DNA of 64,000 nucleotides from an uncultured Pseudomonadota bacterium. Lineage in GTDB: Bacteria > Oederibacteriota > Muellerivitia > Muellerivitales > Muellerivitaceae. Each line of letters begins with the position of its first letter. The stretch's first letter is position 1. The stretch spans positions 288,001 to 352,000 of the forward strand of contig CAWIIP010000004.1 in assembly GCA_963836235.1 (NCBI GenBank), written 5' to 3'. Positions 1 to 8,350 of the stretch are shown here, in pieces. The position numbers were made by a program, and so were the translations under genes. Below the pieces are notes generated by a model. The model saw only the letters and a program-made list of their open reading frames with translations. It was not told the DNA's origin and did not search any database.

Positions 1-42
1 TCCGTTTTTTAAAAGGCTTTTAATGTTTAGCCGCTGATGAAT

Positions 43-67
43 GAATGTCCCCTCACTGGGGACATTC
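43..67. terminator. Stem-loop downstream of the cupredoxin gene
   Basis: Perfect 10-bp inverted repeat GAATGTCCCC-tcact-GGGGACATTC just past the stop at 85; no clear U-tract. Confidence 0.45.
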
Positions 68-774
68 CCGCTATGACCCCGAGTTTATTTTTTGTGAATG
101 TCGATATCCGCGCTGGTCTCCGCGCCGTCGGTAACGGTTACTTTTTGATCAACGGACACCAGTTTGCCGTTGCAAGCCTTTAAGGTGTAATCGCCCGCGG
201 GTACGCCCTTGATCGAGTAACTGGCGTATTGTTTCTTTTCCTCGTTATTGGTGACGAGGGAAGCTGTGGTGAAATAGGGGCTGTCCACGACTATCACGTA
301 AGCGCCCATCTCGGGGTGGAGGGTACAAAGAAGGGGGGCGGTGCCAACCGTGTCGAACTTATAGCTTTTCACCACTCCGTTGCCCCATTGGCCCAAGTCG
401 AAGGAACAGCAGGCGGCGGGGGAGGAGACGTTGTGGTTGACCGCGTCCTCGTTAAGGAAGTCGACCGTCGTGCCCTTTTGAACGGCCAAAATGTGGGGAA
501 CGAAATTGAGTTTGACTTGGTTCATTTTGGCGTGCTCCGTGGGAGCCGTAAAATCGCTCTTGGCAACCGGCACCAGGTACACCACCACGTCCTTGTCGCT
601 CTTGGGGCCGGTGGTTTCCACATAGGCCTTTTTCACGTGAATGGTTCCGCTGATCGTTCCGCCACCCGCCGCGAAGGCGAAGGAAGCCACGAAGAGGGCC
701 AGGGCCCCGCCGATGACCGCCTCACCCACTAAAACCCGGAGTGCTTGTTTTTTTCCGCCTTGAAATATTTTCTT

Positions 775-1829
775 GCCGAATTCACGGAGTAAGTGCAACA
801 CTTCGCCGGAAGACTTCCGCCGGAGTTTGAAAGCCCAAACATTTTTTGGGCCTGTTATTAAGCCATCTTTCAATGGCTTTGAGCTCTTTGAGAGACACTT
901 TAGCAAGGTCGGTCTTTTTAGGCAAATGGCGGCGGACAAGACCGATAGTATTTTCCACTGTGCCTTTTTCCCAACTGTGGAAAGGAACGCAGAAAAAGGA
1001 TTTTGTACCAAGCACATGGTTGGTTTCCAGGTGGTTGGTGTTTTCGGTTCCGTTGTCGTAGGTCAGGCTCAAACGAGCCTCTTGAGGAAAGCGGCATAAA
1101 GAGCGGTTGAGGCTGTGACTCATGTGGGAAGCGGTTTTTCGTTTCAGCTTTCCCAATTTGGAAAAACGGCTTTGACGCTCGACAAGTGCCCGGAGAGCAA
1201 CTTTACTTTGACGAGAAACCATCGTGTCCGTTTCCCAGTGGCCGAACTGCTTGCGTTGGTTGACGACCTTGGGCCTTTTGTCGATGGAAACTCGGCCTGG
1301 GATATGGTTTTTGGCGTGCCTGTGGCTGTGACCGAAGGTGAGCCGCCGCCGGTGGTGACGGACGAGGCAAGGAATCAGATCAGTGGCCTCAGCGTAAATC
1401 CACTGGTAGATGGCTTCGGGGCCAATGGTTTGCTTAGGCCGCAGGTGGCCTAAACGGCCTGAAATGAGTTCGGGAGACCAGACTCGTTTCAATTGGCGAC
1501 GGACGTAGGCACGAATTCGTTTTGTTTTCAGGCGTAAACGACAAGCCCGTTGTTGGTTGCGGGTCACATACCGTTGATGGGCCCGATGGGACAGATAGTA
1601 ACCCGAACGGATGGGGGGAGCGTTGCGCTTGAGTTCCCTGGAGAGGGTGGAAGGAGACCTCTTCAAGGCACGGGAAATGGCCCGAAGGCTGAGGCCCTTT
1701 CCCTTCAAGACGGATAAATGATCTCTTTCCTCAACACTTAAATGCTTGTAGTTCTTTTTCATGGCCGCATATCCTATTGATGCGGCCTTCTTCAGGCACT
1801 AAGTGTTGCACTTACTTATGGAACTCGGG
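775..1829 (-). mobile_element. IS30-family insertion sequence (1055 bp)
   Basis: Imperfect ~29-bp terminal IRs sharing AGTAAGTGCAACACTT (775-803 / 1801-1829); 3-bp CTT target duplication at 772-774 and 1830-1832; one transposase gene. Confidence 0.95.
782..1762 (-). CDS. IS30-family transposase
   Basis: N-terminal HTH (LSLRAISRALKRSPSTLSRELKRN); DDE motifs HWETDT, TYDNGTE, EKGTVEN. Confidence 0.95.
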   Translation of the reverse strand: MKKNYKHLSVEERDHLSVLKGKGLSLRAISRALKRSPSTLSRELKRNAPPIRSGYYLSHRAHQRYVTRNQQRACRLRLKTKRIRAYVRRQLKRVWSPELISGRLGHLRPKQTIGPEAIYQWIYAEATDLIPCLVRHHRRRLTFGHSHRHAKNHIPGRVSIDKRPKVVNQRKQFGHWETDTMVSRQSKVALRALVERQSRFSKLGKLKRKTASHMSHSLNRSLCRFPQEARLSLTYDNGTENTNHLETNHVLGTKSFFCVPFHSWEKGTVENTIGLVRRHLPKKTDLAKVSLKELKAIERWLNNRPKKCLGFQTPAEVFRRSVALTP

Positions 1830-1911
1830 CTTCTCGATCCTCATGGGAATCTCCTTTACCGATTTGGACTTGCGCTGCTTTGCAACAATAACTTCACGCC
1901 TTTAATCCCTC

Positions 1912-1974
1912 TATGACGGCCATCACCTAACTTGAATAACAACATGACGCCCGTCAGCTAACTTGAGTAACAAT
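1912..1974. repeat. 31-bp tandem duplication, each unit containing a degenerate TATGA-N6-TCATA box
   Basis: 1913-1943 vs 1944-1974 match at 26/31; boxes at 1912-1927 and 1943-1958. Confidence 0.8.
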
Positions 1975-1984
1975 GTCCTTTAGG

Positions 1985-1999
1985 GCAAGCGGCATGCCA
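1985..1999 (-). promoter_or_regulatory. Sigma-54 -24/-12 promoter of the cupredoxin gene
   Basis: Minus strand TGGCATGCCGCTTGC (GG-N10-GC). Confidence 0.8.
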
Positions 2000-2053
2000 G
2001 AAGGGAATGCTGAAAAAAGCTGATATTCAAGGCGCGGTTCTTGGGGGAAGTAT

Positions 2054-2090
2054 GGAGTTATGGCGGTGACGCCATAGCGTTGGTGCAATA
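2054..2090. promoter_or_regulatory. Putative enhancer (UAS) TATGGC-N6-GCCATA plus third half-site
   Basis: GGAGTTATGGC-ggtgac-GCCATAGC-N6-GCAATA; recurs at 6414 and 24962. Confidence 0.75.
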
Positions 2091-2177
2091 GTGGGAGTGA
2101 GATTTTTCGGGAAGAGAGGTGATTATTTTTGGGTAATGGAAACTTTGGCTTGGATTTTTTAAGCTTTTAAAAAAGCC

Positions 2178-2684
2178 CTAAATTCCTTGGTTATTTCGCC
2201 AAGATTCGGTCCTGGCTTCCGGCATCTTCTTATAAATATTGTTCAAGTGGGTTTTCAGTGTGGCCCTGGTAATGGACAGCTTGCGGACGATCTTGGAGTT
2301 TGTAAATCCTCGAATGCAAAGATTGGCGATTTCCAACTCTCTTTTGCTTAAATCCCTGTCCTTGAATCGTTGGAGCCAAGCGTCGTATTTCTTTTGCAAA
2401 GGATACAACATCACCATGCGGTAGGGAGCCGCGCTGAAAAAGAAGACGTCGAAAAATTGGTTTCCCACCTTTTGGTTGGAGAAGGAGCGGATACCCTCCT
2501 CTCCGATAGGCCGATTTAGGTTTTTTTCGCAGGATAAGACGCAGGTTTGAGGGCACTCCATTCCCGAAAAATTCCCGCAAAGTTTCTTGCAGGCCGAGTT
2601 TTGGAAATGAACATGATTTCCCATCCTCAAGAGGCAAATACTGGTGCGGTTCTTTCCTAAGGCTTCACTAAACCATGAGATCAT
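2178..2684 (-). CDS. LuxR-type HTH regulator with Cys-rich N-terminal domain
   Basis: C-terminal LSKRELEIANL...GFTNSKI...TLKTHLNNIYKK; N-terminal CxxxC...CxxxCxxxC. Confidence 0.85.
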   Translation of the reverse strand: MISWFSEALGKNRTSICLLRMGNHVHFQNSACKKLCGNFSGMECPQTCVLSCEKNLNRPIGEEGIRSFSNQKVGNQFFDVFFFSAAPYRMVMLYPLQKKYDAWLQRFKDRDLSKRELEIANLCIRGFTNSKIVRKLSITRATLKTHLNNIYKKMPEARTESWRNNQGI

Positions 2685-2773
2685 TTTCCACCCCGGGGGT
2701 TGATTGTGGGTTCATGCCTTTACAGGGAAAATGAACCTCCGTTGTATTAAACATTAAATGAACTTCGATGAAA

Positions 2774-2789
2774 TATGACCCGAATCATG
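2774..2789. promoter_or_regulatory. Crp/Fnr-type box TATGA-N6-TCATG
   Basis: 9/10 match to the island motif, between the divergent LuxR and hemolysin III genes. Confidence 0.6.
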
Positions 2790-2820
2790 TTCGGGATAAA
2801 ACCCGGTTGGGGAGGGCGAG

Positions 2821-3483
2821 ATGGCCGCCGTAACTTATGGAATATCCACTTATACCCCCCAACAGGAGTTGGCCAACCGCCTAACGGCGGGATTGGGAGC
2901 TGTCCTGGTGGGAGCTGGAACGGCATTGCTGATAGTCCTGGCCTGCCTCAAGGGAAACGCCTGGCATATTGTCAGTTTTAGCGTTTATGGCGGGACGCTT
3001 TTCCTGCTGTACCTGACCGCGACCCTTTATCACAGTTTCCGGTCACCGGGGGCCAGGAGATTTTTTGAGAAACTGGACCATTCGGCGATCTTTCTCTTAA
3101 TCGCAGGCACTTACACTCCTTTCACTTTGGTGACTTTAAGGGGAGCCTGGGGATGGTCGCTATTCGGCGTGGTGTGGGGAATCAGCCTTTTGGGTATTGT
3201 TTACAAACTCTTTTTCACGGGACGCCACCGGATTTTTTCAACCCTTCTCTATATAGGACTGGGTTGGATGGCGCTTTTGGCTTTTAAACCCCTAATATCC
3301 GCCCTCTCAATGGGCGGGATGGTTTTGCTGGTCTTAGGGGGAATCAGCTACAGTTTTGGGACGGTTTTTTACCACCGGGAAAGGCTTTATTACAGCCACG
3401 CTATTTGGCACCTCTTTGTGCTGGTGGGAAGCCTTTTCCATTACTTTGCCATTTTATATTACGTTTTGCCCGCAAAGGGATAG
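2821..3483 (+). CDS. Hemolysin III / PAQR family membrane protein (TrhA/YqfA-like)
   Basis: 7 TM segments; TLYH, KLDHSAIFLLIAGTYTPF, HAIWHLFV motifs. Confidence 0.92.
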   Translation: MAAVTYGISTYTPQQELANRLTAGLGAVLVGAGTALLIVLACLKGNAWHIVSFSVYGGTLFLLYLTATLYHSFRSPGARRFFEKLDHSAIFLLIAGTYTPFTLVTLRGAWGWSLFGVVWGISLLGIVYKLFFTGRHRIFSTLLYIGLGWMALLAFKPLISALSMGGMVLLVLGGISYSFGTVFYHRERLYYSHAIWHLFVLVGSLFHYFAILYYVLPAKG

Positions 3484-3572
3484 TTGGAAATTAATCTTAT
3501 TAGTTCTGACTAACTTGGAGGTCTTCGGGGTGCGGAAAAATATAATCAGCACCTCATAAACCCCACTTCTCT

Positions 3573-5203
3573 TCATTTCCCTTGTTGGTAAAGGTAGTTG
3601 GCCAAATCCTGAATCTGGGCTGGGGTTAATTGGTCTGAATAACCCTGCATGGCGGCGTCGGGGTTCAACTTGACCGGATCCTTGATATAGGCTGCTATAT
3701 AATCGGAATCTCGGACTCCGGCTATGTGGGTCAAATCGGGGCCTATTTCCTCGCCGACTCCATGGAATTTATGGCAGGTGGCGCAATTTTCCTCATAAAG
3801 TTTAGGGGCTGCGGCTGTGAAAGAACCGCCTCCCAGGCTGCTCATGTAAGCTACTAAGGCTTCCACTTCGCCGTCCAAAAGGTTGAAATTAGGCATCTTG
3901 GTGTTGGGTGTGATTTTCTTAGGGTTTCGGAAATGGTTGGCAAGCCAGTCCCGATTGCGGCGCACACCCACGTCATCCAAAACCGGACCCACGGTTCCAC
4001 CGTGGCCGTGCAGGGTATGGCAATATTCACAGTGAAGTTCCACGAAAAGCCGCTTTCCTTCCATGACCATGGGATCTTTTTCCCCTACCGGGTTGGTCAG
4101 GGGCGTTCGGGCGCCTTGAACGGTTAGGAATATCAGGCCTAGGACGGAAGTCCAACCGGCGGCCACCAGCCATTTGCGGTCGGCCGGATGGCGTTTGGGC
4201 CCCTTATCCAAAAAGGGAAGGGCGAATAAAGCGGAAACAACGATCAAGGGCAAAAGGACGATGGCGAAAGCCTCCAACTTGCCGGGAAAGTATTTCAGTA
4301 ACTGAAATACTGAAAGGAAATACCACTCGGGCCGGGGGTTGTAGGTCGTATCGGTGGGATTGGCTAAGTCCTCCAACTCCGCGCCTTTCCAAAGGGCGAC
4401 TCCCAGCACAATGAGAAAGACCAAGGTTACGGCCACTGTATCCTTGAAGATGATATAGGGCCAAAAGCTTTTGCCCTGCGCCTTGAGGTCCAGGTAACGG
4501 GCATTAAGCCGGGCCTTCCAATTGGGGTCTTTCGAGTCGGGCAAAGAAGCGCTGCGATCGGGGGGGCGGAGATGCCGTGCCAAACCACAAGAAACAAGTG
4601 GATGGCCATGAAAAGGACGGTCAGGACGGGGAAAACCAGCACGTGAATGGCGTAAAAACGGGCCAAGGTGATGGCGCCCAAATCCTGCCCGCCTTTCATG
4701 ACCCTGGAAAGAGCATCTCCGATGTAAGGAACTTGTTCCACCATGTGGGCCCCGACGGTGGTGGCCCAATAGGCTTTCTGGTCCCAAGGAAGAAGGTAAC
4801 CGGTGAATCCGAAACCGATCACGAAGAAAAAGAGCAGGATGCCGGAAAGCCAGGTGACTTCCCGCGGGTACTTATAGGCGCCCATGAAGAAAACCCGCAA
4901 AAGATGGAGGAACACCGAAACCACCATGCCGGTGGCGCCCCATTTATGGAGGCCCCTCAGCAATTTGCCCATGGGTACTTCGGAGGAAATGTATTTCACC
5001 GAGTCATAAGCGTGTTCAGGCGAGGGGGAATAATGCATAGCCAAAAGGATGCCGGTGACCACTTGAAGGAGAAAAAAGAAAAGGGTGACGCTTCCCAAGG
5101 TGTAACGCCAATCCACCCCCTTGGGGATGTGGCGGTCCAGGATGACTTCCTTCAGCTTTCTCCATCCGGTTCGTTCGTCGAGCCAATCCAGTATTGGTTT
5201 CAT
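3573..5203 (-). CDS. Fused cytochrome b - subunit IV - diheme cytochrome c of a Rieske/cyt b complex; 1-nt frameshift at 4560-4566
   Basis: Heme b His pairs (RGLHKWG..LHLLR; YAIH-x14-HLF), PEWY, two CxxCH (CEYCH, CATCH). The ORFs 4427-5203 and 3573-4787 join in frame if the C7 run is C8. Confidence 0.85.
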
Positions 5204-5706
5204 TAGGCGGTTACCTCCGGCAGGACATAAATCACCCCGCCTTCCACTTTCACCGGGAAACGGTTCAGGGGTTTGGGAGGAGGTCCGGAAATAACTTTGC
5301 CATCCTTGGCAAAGGTTCCGCCGTGGCAGGGGCAAAGGAAAGCTTGTTTGGTGGCGTCCCACCGATAGGGACATCCCAAGTGGGTACAGTGGGGATCATA
5401 GGCCACCCATTCCCCTTTTTGGAGGATGACCCATACCGAACTGGGGCTTTCAATGACTTCCCAGCCGTCCTTCTTTCGTTTGACGTAATCCAACTTGATC
5501 GGCTCGCCTTCCCTGACGCTGCTGACCGGGCCCACTTCAACCCAATCTTCCTTTTTTGCCCGCCAAGCGGGTGACAGGAAATATAAAAGGCCAGACCCAC
5601 CCAAAATAAAGCTGATGAAACTACCCATGGCCGTGATGAGAATGATGAGGAACGTCCGGCGTTGTGGATTTTCAGGCTCGCTTTGGGTTTTATTTTCTGG
5701 GCACAT
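5203..5706 (-). CDS. Rieske [2Fe-2S] subunit, low-potential type
   Basis: Tat motif RRTFL, TM helix, CTHLGC and CPCHGG(TF); stop overlaps the cytochrome b ATG (TAATG). Confidence 0.93.
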   Translation of the reverse strand: MCPENKTQSEPENPQRRTFLIILITAMGSFISFILGGSGLLYFLSPAWRAKKEDWVEVGPVSSVREGEPIKLDYVKRKKDGWEVIESPSSVWVILQKGEWVAYDPHCTHLGCPYRWDATKQAFLCPCHGGTFAKDGKVISGPPPKPLNRFPVKVEGGVIYVLPEVTA

Positions 5707-5826
5707 TCAAAACTCCTTGTGACGTTTTTCGAATTTTAAAGCGGCTGACGGATGATAAAGGCGAGGAGGTTCCCATAACCCCGGATTCCAAGATGGCCCC
5801 AAAAGGGGAATGGAAATTACCCAGGT

Positions 5827-6231
5827 TCATTTCGAGGCCGTGGATTGTAACGACTCCAGGTACTTAACGGCGGTTTTAATTTCCTCGTCCGTCAATTTGC
5901 CCTTGAATTTCGGCATTTTATTTTTGCCGTTAGTGACGGTCTTTACTTTGTCATCGGTTGTGAGTGTGACCGCGGCGGCCCGGGTGAGATCCACATTCAC
6001 GGGATCCACTTTAAGAACCTTGGCCATCTTGACGTTACCTTTGGCATCCTTGCCGTGACATTGGGCGCATTTGGCCTCAAAGAGCTTTTGTCCCGGTTGA
6101 GGCATGGCTTCCGCCGCGAAGGCGAAGGAGGCCAGAAATAGGGCCAAAGCCCCGCCAATGACGGCCTCACCCACCAAAACCCGAAGGCTTGGCTTATTTT
6201 CCTTTAAAGATGCTTTTTTGCTGATCCTCAT
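5827..6231 (-). CDS. Periplasmic monoheme cytochrome c (copy B)
   Basis: AAGGAG RBS before ATG 6231, signal peptide ending AFA, CAQCH, distal Met in KMPKF. Confidence 0.9.
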   Translation of the reverse strand: MRISKKASLKENKPSLRVLVGEAVIGGALALFLASFAFAAEAMPQPGQKLFEAKCAQCHGKDAKGNVKMAKVLKVDPVNVDLTRAAAVTLTTDDKVKTVTNGKNKMPKFKGKLTDEEIKTAVKYLESLQSTASK

Positions 6232-6294
6232 GGAAGTCTCCTTATTTCGATTGAACTCGTCCCCGGAAAGATATCTTTTAGGCCTCTTTTCCCG

Positions 6295-6310
6295 TATGAC
6301 GGCCGTCATA
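6295..6310. promoter_or_regulatory. Crp/Fnr-type box, class II position
   Basis: Perfect palindrome TATGACGGCCGTCATA; minus-strand -10 TATCTT at 6273-6268. Confidence 0.8.
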
Positions 6311-6344
6311 TAAGTTGTTCTTTCAAACAACCGCATTCCTTAGG

Positions 6345-6359
6345 GCAAGCGGCATGCCA
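6345..6359 (-). promoter_or_regulatory. Sigma-54 promoter of the cytochrome c B - Rieske - cytochrome b unit
   Basis: TGGCATGCCGCTTGC, identical to 1985-1999. Confidence 0.8.
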
Positions 6360-6413
6360 TTGGAAAAGCCTCTCAAAAAGCGGGTTTTCGAAACCATCGA
6401 ATTGGATAAGGCG

Positions 6414-6450
6414 GGAGTTATGGCATAGGCGCCATAGCAGCGCCGCAATA
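6414..6450. promoter_or_regulatory. Putative enhancer TATGGC-N6-GCCATA
   Basis: GGAGTTATGGC-ataggc-GCCATAGC-N6-GCAATA. Confidence 0.75.
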
Positions 6451-6477
6451 GGGGGAAAGGGGATTAAAAGTTGAAAA

Positions 6478-6513
6478 ATAAAAAAGGGGCCAGTTTTGGG
6501 CTAGCCCCTTTTC
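6478..6513 (-). terminator. Rho-independent terminator after cytochrome c A
   Basis: AAAAGGGGC...GCCCCTTTT stem followed by a U-tract on the minus strand. Confidence 0.65.
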
Positions 6514-6541
6514 AAAACTTAAGGAGAGAGGTGATGAGTTC

Positions 6542-6919
6542 TTATTTTGAGCCTGCGGCGTTAGCTTGCAAAGATTCCAGATACTTGACGGCGGTTTGAA
6601 TCTCATCATCCGTCAATTTGCCCTTGAACTTCGGCATCTTCTTGTTTCCGTTGGTGACCGTTTTAATTTTATCCGCCGTGGAGAGCGTGACCGCCGCCGC
6701 CCGGGTCAGGTCCACATTGACCGGGTCGACCTTGAGGACCTTGGCCATCTTGACGTTCCCCTTGGCGTCCTTGCCATGGCATTGGGCGCATTTGGACTCA
6801 AAAAGTTTTTGGCCCGGCGACAAGGCGTCGCCATCGGCCAAGGCGAAGGCGGTTACGAAGCAAAAGAGCGATAAAAAAATTCCCAAAAAGCCAACAATCT
6901 CTCTGACATGTCGTTTCAT
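6542..6919 (-). CDS. Periplasmic monoheme cytochrome c (copy A)
   Basis: GGAGG RBS, Sec signal, CAQCH, KMPKF. Confidence 0.9.
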   Translation of the reverse strand: MKRHVREIVGFLGIFLSLFCFVTAFALADGDALSPGQKLFESKCAQCHGKDAKGNVKMAKVLKVDPVNVDLTRAAAVTLSTADKIKTVTNGNKKMPKFKGKLTDDEIQTAVKYLESLQANAAGSK

Positions 6920-6984
6920 TTAATCCTCCGAAATTCAATAAATTTAGGGGCCGCTTTTGGAGCGGCCCTTTTCTCGCGCAATTC

Positions 6985-8241
6985 TTAAAAGAATACAGCC
7001 AAAGAATCTGAAAGGGCGTAGACATTGTTGTAACCAATGACTCCCTGATCCGTCCTGGTTAATTTAAACGTCGGGTTCATGTAAACCTGTTCCACGAAGG
7101 GGGTCAGGGCACCCAGGGTAAATACCTGCGTGTCCGTGTATTGCACGTTGAGATTGGAGGAGGTGTAGTCATAACGGAATACCAAAGGCGTTATTTCATC
7201 CATCTCGTAATCCAACTCCCCGAAGAAACCGCCGGTGGTCGGCCCGACGGGCCCAACAGTGCCTGTGCCCGAGAATATTCCCGTATTCGTCTGGCCCAGC
7301 TCGCCGCCTACCTTGATATCCAGGTTCTTGACGATGGGGGAACTCGCGAATAAGGCCGTGTTGTAGTATTCCTGGCCCACGATGTTGCCCGTCGCGCCTG
7401 GTACCACACCGGCGTTATAGCCATTATAGAAAGTGGCATTTACCGCCAACCCGTCGTCCCCGATAAATTGGTTGACGAAAAGCTGGATGTCCTTTGAGTT
7501 GTTGCTGTCGGAAGTGGGGGCCGCGAGGCTGGAGGTGGTGACGGCTTTTCCGTTGGACGTGTTGATCAAACCGGTGTCCTGGGCATTTTGAATCCCATCG
7601 TAAAAACCCAGGGTGACCCGGGTGTCCTGGTGGGTATATCCCAATTCCAATCCGGTGCCGGTGGGTTTCACGGCGGAAGCGATGCTTGCGTTTCCGATAG
7701 GGCCCCGGTCCGATCCCCCGAAACCGTCGGCGCTGAATTTACCGAGCCTTACGGTAAAGAACTCGTTTTCATTGCCGGTAACATATCCCATTTTCTGGCT
7801 GGACAAGCTGGGAACCGATCCCGGGAAGATACCGGTGCCGTTCCCTAAGCCCAATTCGCTATACGAGAAAAAGTTTTTACTTATCCCCCCGCCAATGAAA
7901 ATACTTCCACTCCCTAAGGTGAAACTTCCGTTGTCCGGAACGGCCGTTTTATTCGCGTCGGTCGTGGTAGTGGCGCTTGCGCCGGCGCTATACCGCGCCG
8001 CGATATATTTGGTAATCTCGAATTTCCCGTCGTTCATGTCCTTTCCGATGTCGCTGGGAATCCGGTATCCAGCCGCGCGGAAATTGTATCCGAACTTGTT
8101 CAACTGGCCGTAACCCGGGTCGTGGCATGTCGAGCAATTGTAACTATACATCCTGGCGAACATCGGAACGGCTTGTGCGACTGGCGAGAAGCACAGGAAC
8201 AAACCGATTCCCAAAAAAATCATCAAGGCCGACTTTTTCAT
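6985..8241 (-). CDS. Cyc2-like fused monoheme cytochrome c - outer membrane beta-barrel
   Basis: After the signal peptide: AVPMFARMY-x3-CSTCH-...QLNKFGYNFRAAGY, matching the AxPxFAR...CxxCH...xL..FG..F...GY signature; beta-rich body; C-terminal Phe. Confidence 0.8.
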   Translation of the reverse strand: MKKSALMIFLGIGLFLCFSPVAQAVPMFARMYSYNCSTCHDPGYGQLNKFGYNFRAAGYRIPSDIGKDMNDGKFEITKYIAARYSAGASATTTTDANKTAVPDNGSFTLGSGSIFIGGGISKNFFSYSELGLGNGTGIFPGSVPSLSSQKMGYVTGNENEFFTVRLGKFSADGFGGSDRGPIGNASIASAVKPTGTGLELGYTHQDTRVTLGFYDGIQNAQDTGLINTSNGKAVTTSSLAAPTSDSNNSKDIQLFVNQFIGDDGLAVNATFYNGYNAGVVPGATGNIVGQEYYNTALFASSPIVKNLDIKVGGELGQTNTGIFSGTGTVGPVGPTTGGFFGELDYEMDEITPLVFRYDYTSSNLNVQYTDTQVFTLGALTPFVEQVYMNPTFKLTRTDQGVIGYNNVYALSDSLAVFF

Positions 8242-8306
8242 TTTCTCTCCTCCTGAAAAAATTGAACGGATTTAATCCGTTCGAAAAGAAGGTTATTGCC
8301 TTTTCG

Positions 8307-8342
8307 AAATTCCTTGTATGACGAAGGTCATACAAGGAATTT
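8307..8342. promoter_or_regulatory. Crp/Fnr-type box (8317-8332) inside a perfect 16-bp inverted repeat
   Basis: AAATTCCTTG-TATGA-cgaagg-TCATA-CAAGGAATTT; minus-strand -10 TAACCT at 8295-8290. Confidence 0.8.
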
Positions 8343-8350
8343 GCTGAGTC

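Larger units (their letters stand above)
85..1844 (-). pseudogene. Exported cupredoxin (type-1 Cu) / carboxypeptidase-regulatory-like domain protein, interrupted after codon 5 by IS30
   Basis: HNV...CTLHPEM type-1 copper ligand set. True ATG at 1844 with AAGGAG RBS. Removing 775-1829 and one CTT copy restores MRIEKKIFQGGKKQALRVLVGEAV, colinear with the leader of the gene at 6231. Confidence 0.85.

Noticed and set aside
72-87. TATGA half-site at 72
   Set aside because: No TCA half at N6 spacing (reads GTTTA).
85-1017. 310-aa ORF as given in the track
   Set aside because: Its first ~81 codons are IS30 sequence in an alternative frame; the real start is at 1844.
1913-1974. CRISPR-like repeat
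   Set aside because: Only two abutting imperfect units, no spacers and no cas genes; no CRISPR array seen anywhere in the window.
2821-3483. Hemolysin III as a toxin
   Set aside because: The family is a PAQR-type membrane homeostasis protein; no secretion or virulence context.
3573-4787. Stand-alone subunit IV ORF starting at 4787
   Set aside because: The N-terminal ~74 aa is an alternative frame of cytochrome b; better explained by a frameshift.
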